A stretch of 63,970 bases of DNA, filler included, from Saprolegnia diclina VS20 (GCF_000281045.1; 23 parts of 22 records of this genome joined end to end with filler, not necessarily neighbours in it), one strand, 5' to 3'; counted from the whole stretch's first letter, positions 26,437 through 37,929 are shown. Notes: generated by a model from the letters alone, not told the origin. Translations and numbers: made by a program.

Positions 26437-26753
26437 TGTGATAGCGCCCGCGGTGCAGACACAAACAACAGCGAGGGGAGAGCCGTCTCCCGTGAAGCAG
26501 GCAGTTGTATTGGGCTTACACCACAGAGGCAAAAGATGAAGTGAGCTACAAGCTACAGGAGCTATCCCCATGTCTACCGGATGTGACTATCTATATAGCA
26601 TCACTACCGGAATGGAAGGATAGAAGGATATACTAATCCTACGACTAGTATGCAATACAGAAGCCCTTACAACATGTATCTTCACACGGCATCTCCAGCT
26701 GATCGCAGCTTGCATTGGTTGGACATGGCTTAGCCTTTGATCCACACACAACA
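26437..26753 (-). repeat. 3' LTR (~317 bp, TG...CA) of Gypsy copy 1
   Basis: Minus strand reads PPT-like TTGGGGGGTG, then TGTTG...GCTATCACA; 26437-26531 recurs at 29242-29336. Confidence 0.8.
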
Positions 26754-26869
26754 CACCCCCCAAGCCATGGCCACCGGGCCAGCTGGGTACAAATGCATAT
26801 ATACAACATCAAGTTATGCATTCACCTGTCGTCGGAGCCGGCGGTTGATCGGGCCCGTCGGCACGTGAC

Positions 26870-29206
26870 TCAACACACCGCTGGACGACAGTTGGAATCT
26901 TCTTGTGCATCTCGTGGAGGCTGAGCCGCAGCGCATCCACGTATGACATTCTGGACACGCCAGACTTCACACCCCAATGTGGCACTGGCCGGGCGATCTG
27001 CGCCCACCTTGTCCTGACACTCCCCGATCCCAGCGAGAGTCGGCCACACCAAGCGATCATCGTCAATCGGACGAAGCGCTTGAAATTGGGTAGTTCTTGT
27101 AGATGAGCCCCGACGGCACTTGTTCGGCCGAATTTCGTCTACTTGAGCTCGCCGCGATCGCGCGGCAGTAGAACGACGCACCAAAACCAAAGACGTCGCC
27201 GGGCCGCGGTGTCCCCACCGACTCATCATGTCAGTCCACAAGTTGTGGATACCATCAATGTGCTCGATGACGTAGCGGAACGCGCCCATGATGCCCGCCC
27301 ACAGCGCCATCTTCCCACGAGGGTACGCCTTCCACTCCTTGTCAGGCGCAAAAATGACTTGCTGCGACTCGCCCGCGTTCATCGGATACGGGATGTCGCA
27401 GCGAGCCTTAATGCGATCCGGGTCGTGCTTGACGCCATCAGCGTTGAGCGTGCGCCCACACCACTTGACCTCGGTGTAGAAAAACTGGGCTTTCTGAGGC
27501 ACCAGCTTGATCCCAAACTGGGCCACCATGGCCGGCGGGTCCCGCGGATCAAACGCCGTCCGCCAAACGTCATGCTTGGTGACAATGCGCCACAGTCGGT
27601 TGCGCATTTCGGCAGGGAACCCTTGAGCCGTCGCCTCGTCGATGCTGATCTTCAGCCCAGCGACGGCTTCAAACGGTAGACGACCAACCACCGCCTCCGA
27701 GGCTCGAGCGTCCACGACGCGCCGAGTCTCTGCCGTCGTCGACACCGGTACCACTGGGACGCCACTCGTACCAGATGTCGGGCGGGGGGGAACACGTGCA
27801 CATGCATCGTCGTCGTCGTCCGTCGCCAGATCGTGGCCATCGTCATCAAATTGACGAGCCGCCAGCTGCTCGAGCAGGCGGTCAATGTCGATACCAATCG
27901 ACTTGAGAGTTGCATTGGACAGCAAGAACTCCTCGCCGTCGTCCACCACATAGCACGTCTGCGCCCCGGGAATGTTGACGGGGCCAGCAGCCGTCTGGAT
28001 CTGCAACTTGATGTCCACGCTGTCCTTGGCGGTAAAGCCATTGCCGTTGCAGCCCATACAGTGGATTGGAGTCGCCAAAGGCTTCACACGGATGTTGGGG
28101 CACACCGCCGACAACTTGTCAACCATCGACCGCGGGATGATGTTGAGGTCAGCACCCGTGTCAGGGCAGTAGGGCACTTGGAGCTTGCTCCCAAGGGTTA
28201 GCAGGTGCGTAGCCGACGCACCCGCCATAGCACGGAACGTCTTGTTCTTCTTCAACGTCTCCCGTATGATCTTGCCCTTCTCGTCCTCGTCCTTGACGGT
28301 CGGGCACTCGTGCACCGTGTGGCCCTTCTCCTTGCACGCCCAGCAGGTCTTGTCCTTGGCACCGCCCTTCTTAGCGGCACCACCCGGAGGATCACCTGGC
28401 TCGGGTGCAGCGGGGGAGTCGTCCTTCTCCCCCTGAAACGGCTCCTTGCCTTCGTCGAGCAGCTTGCGCGCCTTGACCGCGTCACGCTCAGTTTCATCGT
28501 CTTCGCGGTCCTTGCGCTTCGCCCCTTCCTCAAAAGGAGAGGAGAACTTCTTCGCTTCCATCAGCGTCGTCAAGTGCTTCTCCAGGGGCTTGGCGTAAGC
28601 GCACAAGGAGTCGAACTTGTGGATACGAAGCATGTCCCGCATCTTCTCGCGCAGCTGCACGGGTTCAAGTCGGTCCGTAATGGTGCTGAGGATGATCCGC
28701 CGCGGCCCTTTGAGCGTCATGTCTTCTTGCAGGGCATGCGCCTTGATGATCTCGCTGACGTCCGTGATGAAGTTGGCCACAACCTCAAAGACGTCGTCCT
28801 CGACCACGTGTCCAATCTTGAGCTCCTTGAAAAAGGCAATGTAGTCCTCGGATGAGTGCGTGTAGTCCTTCGGTCGCTCGCTCATGATCTCCATCAACCG
28901 CCGTTGGAACTCGTTCTCCTTGAGCCCGTCGACGTCGATATTCCATTTGAGCGTGCACACCGTCTCCAAGAGACTGCGCTTGATCGAGTCGATCCACTTT
29001 TTGTTGTGGACCTTGACCGGGACACCGGTCGCCTTTGAGTGCTCACGCATGGCCTTGTCGTACTCGTCACGCTTCTCCTTCCACTTGATCAGGTACTTCC
29101 TTCCCAAGCTCTCGATGGGCGGGAAGTCGATCGTCGAGACCATGAAGCCAGTCCGTGATGGGCCGTCGCCGTCCGTTGACCATCCGGCCAGCGCGCCCTT
29201 GGTCAT
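26870..29206 (-). CDS. gag: Gypsy Gag-protease fused in frame to RT and RNase H remnants
   Basis: Gag motif LIKWKEKRDEY, CCHC CWACKEKGHTVHEC, protease CPDTGAD, RT start HDVWR...DPPA, RT end VKWCGR...GVKHDPDRI, RNase H end FRYVIEHIDG..N.W.D..SRW; no YxDD and no integrase DDE. Confidence 0.88.
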   Translation of the reverse strand: MTKGALAGWSTDGDGPSRTGFMVSTIDFPPIESLGRKYLIKWKEKRDEYDKAMREHSKATGVPVKVHNKKWIDSIKRSLLETVCTLKWNIDVDGLKENEFQRRLMEIMSERPKDYTHSSEDYIAFFKELKIGHVVEDDVFEVVANFITDVSEIIKAHALQEDMTLKGPRRIILSTITDRLEPVQLREKMRDMLRIHKFDSLCAYAKPLEKHLTTLMEAKKFSSPFEEGAKRKDREDDETERDAVKARKLLDEGKEPFQGEKDDSPAAPEPGDPPGGAAKKGGAKDKTCWACKEKGHTVHECPTVKDEDEKGKIIRETLKKNKTFRAMAGASATHLLTLGSKLQVPYCPDTGADLNIIPRSMVDKLSAVCPNIRVKPLATPIHCMGCNGNGFTAKDSVDIKLQIQTAAGPVNIPGAQTCYVVDDGEEFLLSNATLKSIGIDIDRLLEQLAARQFDDDGHDLATDDDDDACARVPPRPTSGTSGVPVVPVSTTAETRRVVDARASEAVVGRLPFEAVAGLKISIDEATAQGFPAEMRNRLWRIVTKHDVWRTAFDPRDPPAMVAQFGIKLVPQKAQFFYTEVKWCGRTLNADGVKHDPDRIKARCDIPYPMNAGESQQVIFAPDKEWKAYPRGKMALWAGIMGAFRYVIEHIDGIHNLWTDMMSRWGHRGPATSLVLVRRSTAARSRRAQVDEIRPNKCRRGSSTRTTQFQALRPIDDDRLVWPTLAGIGECQDKVGADRPASATLGCEVWRVQNVIRGCAAAQPPRDAQEDSNCRPAVC

Positions 29207-29241
29207 TTTGCCGAACGCCGGTTCGAGACTAAAGTATACTT

Positions 29242-29336
29242 TGTGATAGCGCCCGCGGTGCAGACACAAACAACAGCGAGGGGAGAGCCGTCTCCCGTGA
29301 AGCAGGCAGTTGTATTGGGCTTACACCACAGAGGCA
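29242..29336 (-). repeat. 3' portion of the 5' LTR of Gypsy copy 1, cut by contig end
   Basis: Identical to 26437-26531. Confidence 0.9.
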
Positions 29337-29540
29337 NNNNNNNNNNNNNNNNNNNNNNNNNNNNNNNNNNNNNNNNNNNNTTAATTAATTAANNNNNNNN
29401 NNNNNNNNNNNNNNNNNNNNNNNNNNNNNNNNNNNNGAGTCGAAACGGACTTTTCAAGAGAAGGCGGCTCGGCGAAACCAACGACTGGTCGGCAGAGCCT
29501 AGCATTCTAGTTTTCGCTCTCCGCTAAGCAAGAGGTACTC

Positions 29541-31826
29541 ATGGCTCGCCATCAGTACATGAGAAAATCCCATGTCATGGTTCTTCCTGAGCAAGTCTCC
29601 GACGAATCGCGCGCGCAAGTGGCTCCCGGCGCGCTCGATTGGCCGGTGTACGCTTGCATCACGGCGGTAGCCAGCGCGAGACGCGGCCCGAAGGTGCTCA
29701 CATTCACGACACTGCCGACGGAGGGCTCGCCGGAGACTTCGTTCACGATGCCGAAAGACGAGTGCACGTTCGCGTTCGCCTCGGCGCGCGAGGCCCGGTC
29801 CAACGCGGGCGCGCTGTTGCGTCGGTTTGTCCTCTTCCGCCTCAACGGTTCGGCGACGGCGGGGCAAGTCGTGGCGGTACGAGAGTCTGGCAAGACTCTC
29901 ACGGTGACCAACGCCCGAGGCACCTACGACGTGGGAGCGGATGAGGTACAGCGGTGCCATCCGATTGGAGCTGCAGCCTTGTGGGGTATGGAGGTTGAGC
30001 TTGGCGACGGCGCTATGGCGACGCGACGCCTCGCAGCCACTGCGCTCTTGCTTGAGTCCATGCGCAGCCGAGTCGAAGACCCGGTGAACGGGTCGCGTGA
30101 CCTCGCGGCGGTCTTCCAAGGCACCGCCGATGACGCGCGGCCCACCGCGGACACTCGGCTTGAGATCCGCGCACCGGCGACCGGAGCACGCACGACCCTA
30201 TCCGTCCAGCATGTGGTCGATTTCTTCTTTTTCGCTGCAGACGGTCGCGAGCGCCCGGTGGACGTGGCTGTCGGCGCGACGTTCTGGCAAGACCCGCGTT
30301 TCGACGACGCCGGCGGCGAGGATCCGGATGACGTCGAGGCCCACGACGAGGAAGAAGTCCCAGTGGTGGTGACCATCCGGCGTCCCGTGGACATCGTGCA
30401 ACTGCTCCCACAGGAGCGCGTCCTTGATGCCGCATCCCCACCGGAGCGCATTATCGATGCCGCACCCCTACCGGAGCGCATCCTCGAGGCCGTGCCTCGT
30501 CCTGCCGGCGAGTTCTGGGAGCAAGGGAATGCCGTGCCTCCGCCGGGACTGGATGCGGGTGCGCCAACGTGGCCTCCGGTCGGAGCGGCGCCGCACCAGG
30601 AGTTGCTCGCGCCCGGCGCGCACCTCCCGGTACCTCTGTCGCACGGCATCCCCAGCCATTGGCATTCTGGATCGGCATCGGCGACGGCACTGGCTCCGTA
30701 CGCGAACCCAGCCGGACTACATCCGGGCCACTGGACACCAGGTCAGAGAAGCTGCACTCTCGCCGGGTCGCGGTTCGCGCCCCTACCAGCCGCGGTGGAG
30801 ACACTGCCGAGCTCGGAGGCCGCATCGGCGGCAGCTATTGCCCGCCAGTTGGTCCAGGCTGCCGAAGAGGCTCGGTCCAAACGCCAACGCACAGAATTCG
30901 AGCTCAACCCGGTGGTACACGGTCTCCACTACATTACAGCCAACGCGCACACGGCTGGTTGGTCGCTGCAGCGGTTCACAGAAGACGTCCAAACGAACCG
31001 GGAACTTCTCTTCTACAAGCATCCGGAGGTTGTGCGGGCCCTGTACAGCTTCGATTTTGGCAGTGGCCGCCTGTCCCTGGCACATCTGCAACGCCGGACG
31101 CAAGCTCAGATCGACCATTGGACGCGCCTCCACATGGACCTCACGGGAGCCAAAACGTCGGGAACGACGGCGACAACACTGGCCCACGCCATGTCGCCGG
31201 AGGCCTTAGCCGGGGCCTTGGACATGCTCTCGATTTACACCGAGCGCTACTGTGCGCCGGTGGTGCAGCAGTTTGTCGCAAAAGCGGGTCGTTTACTCCG
31301 TCACATGATGAGTGAAAGCCAGGTCACCGCCCATACTGCCAGCTACGTGGCCCGGTGGTTCGACTGGGCGCTCGAGTGCTTTCGCTTGGATATGGCAAAC
31401 GACGTACGGGGCGACGCGGCAGTCCTCACGCATTGGTTCTCGCACGAACACCTCCACACGAGCTCGCCGATGCTCGTGTCCATGGCCCGTTCGGCACAAG
31501 ATAGCCGCATCCTCGAGCTCATGGCCAGCCAAGCGAAACCGCAGCGCAGTCCCAAGACCAAAGACGGCGTGGCCAAGGACGGCACCAATCGGGTCAGCTC
31601 GTCGATCAAGCAGCTGGTTCCCAAGCTCAACAAGATGGAGCTCTGCTTGCGCTACGTGTCCAACAAACGGTGTGAAGGCAAGCAGGCCTGCAAGAACCCA
31701 GGTCAAGGTCAGAAGCGGGCCCACTTTACGCCCAGTGAGCCGCTGGACCCCAGCGTAATCGAGTACATCAACGAGTCGCTGGGAGGTCTGCAGAAGCAAT
31801 TCATCCAGCTCGACGCGTCGGCGTGA
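29541..31826 (+). CDS. 761-aa ORF, probable ORF1/Gag-like protein of a DIRS/Ngaro-type (tyrosine recombinase) retrotransposon
   Basis: Long intronless ORF; FDFG..RLSLAHL motif and C-terminal LCLRYVSNKRC...C...RAHF resemble oomycete YR-retroelement ORF1s (from recall); RT and YR domains are not on this contig. Confidence 0.5.
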   Translation: MARHQYMRKSHVMVLPEQVSDESRAQVAPGALDWPVYACITAVASARRGPKVLTFTTLPTEGSPETSFTMPKDECTFAFASAREARSNAGALLRRFVLFRLNGSATAGQVVAVRESGKTLTVTNARGTYDVGADEVQRCHPIGAAALWGMEVELGDGAMATRRLAATALLLESMRSRVEDPVNGSRDLAAVFQGTADDARPTADTRLEIRAPATGARTTLSVQHVVDFFFFAADGRERPVDVAVGATFWQDPRFDDAGGEDPDDVEAHDEEEVPVVVTIRRPVDIVQLLPQERVLDAASPPERIIDAAPLPERILEAVPRPAGEFWEQGNAVPPPGLDAGAPTWPPVGAAPHQELLAPGAHLPVPLSHGIPSHWHSGSASATALAPYANPAGLHPGHWTPGQRSCTLAGSRFAPLPAAVETLPSSEAASAAAIARQLVQAAEEARSKRQRTEFELNPVVHGLHYITANAHTAGWSLQRFTEDVQTNRELLFYKHPEVVRALYSFDFGSGRLSLAHLQRRTQAQIDHWTRLHMDLTGAKTSGTTATTLAHAMSPEALAGALDMLSIYTERYCAPVVQQFVAKAGRLLRHMMSESQVTAHTASYVARWFDWALECFRLDMANDVRGDAAVLTHWFSHEHLHTSSPMLVSMARSAQDSRILELMASQAKPQRSPKTKDGVAKDGTNRVSSSIKQLVPKLNKMELCLRYVSNKRCEGKQACKNPGQGQKRAHFTPSEPLDPSVIEYINESLGGLQKQFIQLDASA
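30408..30497 (+). repeat. Three 30-nt coding tandem repeats (PQERVLDAAS/PPERIIDAAP/LPERILEAVP)
   Basis: GGAGCGC recurs with a 30-nt period. Confidence 0.8.
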
Positions 31827-34800
31827 AGGTGCCAGGGTGGGCTTGGGAACCCACCTGGCGATTCAACCCAAAAGGCCGTCGCGCCGCGAGCGGTGCCACC
31901 GCAGCCGCCACCAACGGGACTCTCCTCACGTTCAGCGCATCCAGCGGTTTTGGCTTCGGCTACTCCGGTCGGTGTGTCGCCCCTGCCCGGTGCCTCGCAA
32001 CGCGAGCCCCGGATACAGGCCGCGGCCGCCCCACTGGTTAACAGCAACGAGGCGGCGGTGCTCCACGAGCGCCAGCTTCGGGTCCGCGTGATGCAGGCGT
32101 TCTTGCAACGTCGGTCGCGCGCCACCTTGCGAAACGCAGCACCACCGGGGGACACTGTGGGGCCGGCTTCGGCTCCCCCACAGGCGATGTCGACTGCGCC
32201 TCCTTCGGGAGCTCAGTCCCACGTCTTGGCCCGAAACCCGGACGCAGCGTACAACAGCACTCCGGTGCTGGAAAGGGTAAGCCACGCTATGGACACGGCA
32301 CCGCCTGCCTNNNNNNNNNNNNNNNNNNNNNNNNNNNNNNNNNNNNNNNNNNNNTTAATTAATTAANNNNNNNNNNNNNNNNNNNNNNNNNNNNNNNNNN
32401 NNNNNNNNNNCGACCCTTTTCAAACTGCAAATGACGTGATAGTCACAACCACTTTTGGCGTTTCCTTGACCAATCGATTCGGTACTTGAGTGGAATCGCG
32501 CAAGGTGTTTCGCGTTTTGTGCGCGATGAACGTGATCGCCACCAAGATACTTCTAGCTCCCGCGACGCACGAAGCGACGGAAGTCTCTGCGGTACGAGGC
32601 AGCTCGGAAGCCAACGCCACGTCCATGTAATACCAGGTACTGTCAGGGGGGTGACAATACAGTGAATTTTGCGTATGATGTCTCTTACCTCTATAATTGT
32701 ATATAATGTTTTGGGGTTTGATGGGATATTTGCACTGTATGATATTATACAAAGCGCTCCCTCATTGCGGAACCCCGGATCCGGAGCTTTGTTGTCTGCG
32801 AAATACGATGAGCACGCAGTTATGTAACGACGTGAGATCAATTCTAATTGACGCCGCCTTTATGTATATTTATGGCCGCATCATTCCTGATTTTTGCCAA
32901 CTCGATGGAACTGCCCTCTTGCAGCTGAAGCTGCAGACACATTGTCAGGCCTCTCGTACCGGTAATTAAAAATCAAGGACGATGTCCATATATTACAATG
33001 TTCTGTCATCGCCCACGCTCTTTGGTCGCTTGGCACTCGTCATGTCCTTGAAATAGTTTCGTACAGGAGGGTTGGCGCGTGCCTGTGGGTCATCCCGGAC
33101 GAGATTTTTTCGACTTGGACTCTGTCGTGGCTCTTCTTCGCTTCGCTGGTCTTTCCAAGTTGGGGTGGTCCCACTGGTACAGCTCCTTGATACTCTTATA
33201 GTGACCTTCCCCCTCGCTCTGAGGACTTCTCGCAGCTCGTCGTTGTCCATTGCTGAAAACGGCTTGGTGGACGAAGCGCAATTGGTGACGTTGTCGAGGT
33301 TGCTTGCGGCAGTGAGAGCTTTGTCAAGCTCTTCGAAGCGTTTGTCCAGCACTTCGTAGCGTCCGTTGGCTAGGGCCAGATTAGTCTCGAGCGAGGCACG
33401 AGCCTCACGTTCGTTGACAAGCTTGCGGCGCAGATCAAGAATGGCGTCTTCTTTGACCCGAGTGCACGTGCTGACCCAGCGTCCTTTCGGGATGCGTCCG
33501 CTAACGCACACGCCAGTGCAAGGTCGTTGACAGCAGCCAGTAGACACGTCGTGGCCTTGGATCGGTCGTCGTCTCGTTCAAGTTTGCACCGGTCTAGCTC
33601 ACGTCTGCACTGATCGAGGGACTCTCGTTGCTCGCGCAGCTCAGCACAGACAGCGACCTCTTGCTCTTGACGCGCAGCGCCGCCACCGTCGCCAACACCC
33701 GCTGCGATACCACGGGACCAACGAGTGGCGCATACGCCCCCGGGGTTGGCCCCAAGTCTGGTCGCCGCACCAGCTCGTGAACCCGGATCGTCTACTGGGG
33801 GCAACTTGCGCGGCTTCACTTGCATCCTCCTTCTTCATGCGGGTTCTGCAGTTGAGGCACGCGAATATGCCGCGAGGACGGTACAAGTTCACAGTGCTTC
33901 CGGTGTTCCCGCAAAGTCTGGATTCGCCGTGCATCGTAAGAGTTCCTTCGCATAGCTGCTTCGTGGAAGACATTGGTGACGCCCCTGCAAGATGCCGTTG
34001 GCACGAAACGTTTCCGTATTATTTACAATGGTGCAGACAACATTTTACAAGAGACATAAATTAAACTACATTACTTGTTGCCGTGTTTGATATACAGTAT
34101 ACGGTACTGTCGGATACGAGAAAGCATTATACGGACTTAACAGCTTCTGAACATCCTCACTTCTAATTGGACAAAAAGAAACAATATTGGCCAATGAAAC
34201 GTTTTTCTTCCTTGAAGCAAACACAGATGGCTTCCTCAAAGATTGAAACCGTCCAAGCGGTAGAACGCACATTCCAAATATTTCCTCGCAGACGGCCGAG
34301 CAGAATTGGGGGGTAACGAATGTATTGGTGCCCCGCCTGCCCAGTGGTGGGCGAGGTGGGTTAGCTAATTTGCTACGGGCTGCAAAATGCGGAATGATCA
34401 GAGCGGGGCCGCTCTGTGCCTTGGCTTGTTTTGCTGCTTGGACTTCTGTCCTTCTGTGCTTCTGTTCTTCTGTTGTTCGTGCCTGCTCGTCCCATCGCGC
34501 AGAAAACCTCTTTCTCTTCTTGAAAATGGTCCTATGATTGACCCATGGCTTGGCATGCTTCGGGCCGACTGCAGCGCTCTTTCTCAGTCCCACGCAATGT
34601 TCCCAAAGACAGAAATCGGCGTTGATGGAATCTTTCCAGACATGCCAGCCAGCTTCGCCTCGTGTGCTCTGCCACGTGGCACGAAGTGCATTAAGCATCA
34701 ACCTGCACAGCACCAAGTGGAGTAGAAGTCAGGAGGAACAACCCCGAGTTCCCACGCGTTCCGCGTTGGCCTCGAGCCCTCCACGTGGCAATACATAGCT

Positions 34801-35196
34801 ATCTTTCTCGTCTCAAATGCACTTGCTCAAGTGGGTGGCAAATGAGACATATCGGATAGATAGTGTGCAAGTTGAGACTCTTTGGGATTGTACATTTGAC
34901 TGTTTCGCCCAGATTGCACTTTTCAACATTCGACGGATGACGTACCAGCTTGTGGTCGCCAATAAGAACTACACGACGTGGCCCCTTCGCGCGTGGGTCG
35001 CGCTCAAGGAGGCCGNNNNNNNNNNNNNNNNNNNNNNNNNNNNNNNNNNNNNNNNNNNNTTAATTAATTAANNNNNNNNNNNNNNNNNNNNNNNNNNNNN
35101 NNNNNNNNNNNNNNNTGGACAAGCAATGGATGAGCGGGGTGCGTGTTGTGCTTGTGCTTCGGCGATAAGAAACCTCAAATAGCTATTATTCAGGGA

Positions 35197-36479
35197 TTAG
35201 AGTCGCACTGTAGTCATGGTAGCCTCCTTGGCCAAAGCGTCCTTGGTCACTGTGAGCGCTTTCTGGTCCTGGGCGATCGCGGCGGCCACCTGTTCGTACT
35301 TGGTGACTTGGGTGTACAGGTACGAGCAAAACGACGACGTCAGATCCAGGTTGGAGTTGGTGACGGAGAAAAGCGAGACGCGTGTGTGGGTGGGTGCGGC
35401 CTCGTTGGAGGCCTGCGAAGCGCTGAGAACCGAATCAAACGACGAAGACCGGCTGTCGTGGTTGAGCTTGCTCAGCTCCATGTGCTGGTCAAATGCCTCG
35501 AGGTGGTCCAGCATGCCGTCAGTCGTGCGATCGAGCATTGGCAGATCGTCGAGCTCCGAGGCCGAGTCCGACTCGGCGGTTGGCTGCTTGCGCTCCATCG
35601 AGTCGAGTGTCAGCGTCGACTGCGACGTCTGCCGCGCGTTGTCTTCGAGCGCTTCGACCGACGCACCTACTCGAGGTTCATTCCATCTCTTTTGGTGAGC
35701 CTCGTACCAGTAAAGCATGTTCGGCAAATCCGAAGCTTGACGACGTGCTGTTTGATGGAAAAGTGCCAGTCGCTAAGGCAGTGCGAACAGATGACCTACG
35801 CCGCATGAGACGCCGAAGGACAACACAAGGCGACGTACGTGGCCACACTTGCGGCAGTGTTTCTTGTGAACAAACCAACCAAACTTGCGGGCGCAGACCG
35901 CGCACCACCCAACAAGGTCCTTTTGCGTGAACGAAGTGACGGGCATGAGGAGACTCGTGTCGAGCGTCTTGAGGAACCGCTGCGTGGCAAAGTACTCTTC
36001 GAGATTGAGGACCTGCGCAAGTCGGCTTGTTCATTAAATTGCACCGAGTAGACGTACCCGAGACACTTGGCGCTGGGCGACGTCGCGCAGTATGTGGCTC
36101 TTGAGCATGCCATGCACCTGCGGCACGATAATGTGAAAGTGCTCGAGGATGCCGGGCGTCTTGGTCTCCAAGAAGACGTGCCCCGACTAAGTAATGCCGT
36201 AAGTTTGAGAATCGAGTAGTGGTCGCACCCGAACGAGTTGACTGCGCACGAGGCCCTTGAGCGGCGGACAACACGGCAGTTCGATCGAGTGGATGGTGCG
36301 GACCCAGCCCCGACGCAGCTCCATGGTCGACGAGTCCATGACTTCAATCAAGTCGTGAAACTAGTCGCAACGTTATCGTCGACCAAGTCGATACGAAAGA
36401 GTACCTCGACAAAACACGTGTCGCGGTTGGACATGAGCGCGGGAAACTCGGTCGCCATCCACGCGATGCCGCAGTAGTG
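35197..36479 (-). CDS. START-like + FYVE zinc finger protein, 5'-truncated, five introns (36361-36404, 36187-36228, 36013-36057, 35796-35838, 35667-35707)
   Basis: Splicing five 41-45 nt GT-AG introns yields NRDTCFVEF...HSIELPCCP...SGHVFLET, then CAVCARKFGWFVHKKHCRKCGHVICSHC...RICRTC (FYVE), then a Ser-rich/coiled tail. Confidence 0.85.
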
Positions 36480-37929
36480 NNNNNNNNNNNNNNNNNNNNN
36501 NNNNNNNNNNNNNNNNNNNNNNNTTAATTAATTAANNNNNNNNNNNNNNNNNNNNNNNNNNNNNNNNNNNNNNNNNNNNCAGAGCATGGGCTACCACTCG
36601 ATCGACGAGCTCATTCTCCGCCTCCTCAAGCGTATCACGTGGGTAGACGACCTCGCCCACGAGTGCGAGTGCTCGCCGTCAAATCGCGCGAGGTGCTTCT
36701 GTACCTCGCACCACGCCTGCTCACGACGCCAACGGCCTTGACCAACGTCCAAGCGATCGTGTTGTCGTGAAGCCCGAACACGGGTCCACGGTCGGATGTA
36801 GCTCAGTCGTCTTCAGTCGTAAAAAGGGATGTGATTGACGTCAATTGTCTACGTCTACAGCCTGCCAAAAGGCGGCACTATTACCAGACAGCTGTCTGGC
36901 CTTGGATTGGCTCGAATGCCTTGAGGGGTCGGTGTGTCACGCCGATGCACCGCCGGGACGCCACGTTGCGCGGGTCTTTGGTCGGCACGCGTCCATCCAG
37001 CAGGGGAATCCTTCAATCTTGAAGGTCGTGAGAGGGCCCTCGAACCTTCCTTGGCCACTTGGCGAGGTCTTGGCCCAAAAGGCGATTGGCGCCTCACGAC
37101 AATGCCCACGGCGGCCATACAACATGTCCGGCGCAAAAACGTGGGGCGCCATCGAAGCGTGTCGGTCTTGACTGTCACCACCGCCAACCGAGGTCCTGGG
37201 CGCCGCGCTACAGCCGTTGCGCGTGGCCATTCCGAGACCAAGAGTCGTCCTTGGAAGCGGCCTGCCGTCGTCCTCGTCGTGGTCTCTTCCAGAACACGCG
37301 TGCCCACTCCGTCGTCCTTGAGCTTGCTCTTCCTGACAGTTGCCTCCGCGGCGTCTTGCCCAAGCTTGATCTCCTTGCTGGTAATCACGGCCTCGATTCG
37401 GATCGACTGATGCGTCTTGTTTTCGTCACCGGCCCGCTGCACCGCGGTCGTCGTTTCAAATCTCGGCATGGGCTGCATGGTACGATTCCAAGTAGTGGAA
37501 GAAGGGTTTTGCGCAAAAGGTCGAGCAAGCGAAAGACCCGAGAAGATCCGTGCTATAGATAGAGGATAGAACGTTAGTAGGCGGGCGCTTCATAGCCCCG
37601 ATAGCTTAGCATTCGTGTTTCCAGCCTCTCAGCCGTAAGCGATCTTTGGGGGCATACCTCTCCTCAGCTCCCACAAGCCTCCTCGAAACACTACCACGTA
37701 CAGTATCATACACGGCCAACCTCTATTCGGTCGCGACAACGACAGAAACTCGGCAACGACGGCTGCCAGATCGACGTTAAGTGGCAACAACGACGGCAGC
37801 TCGGCACGACACGACGCTAGGACCAGATGAGGCGACGTTTTGGTCGACAAGGCTCGCCACAGCAGTCGTTTGGCAACACGGCTCGGCCTCGACGACGGCA
37901 GCGCACCATCAACGCGGCGCTGCTCGGGG

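Larger units (their letters stand above)
26437..29336 (-). mobile_element. Ty3/Gypsy LTR retrotransposon, internally deleted non-autonomous element, copy 1
   Basis: Direct repeats (LTRs) at both ends flanking a gag-protease ORF with RT and RNase H remnants. Confidence 0.9.

Noticed and set aside
29207..29269. ORF-track start of the Gypsy ORF at 29269 (and 44707)
   Set aside because: It begins at a non-ATG codon inside the LTR. The first ATG after the LTR is at 29206 (44644 in copy 2).
32411..35015. Fragmentary ORFs with coiled-coil-like (33000-33800) and CxxC-like pieces
   Set aside because: The frames are broken and no family is recognisable. It may be a decayed gene or TE, but I cannot support a call.
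36580..37478. Possible gene 3' end at 36580-36770 (+) and a 207-aa ORF at 36855-37478 (-)
   Set aside because: Short or without motifs; cannot be assigned.
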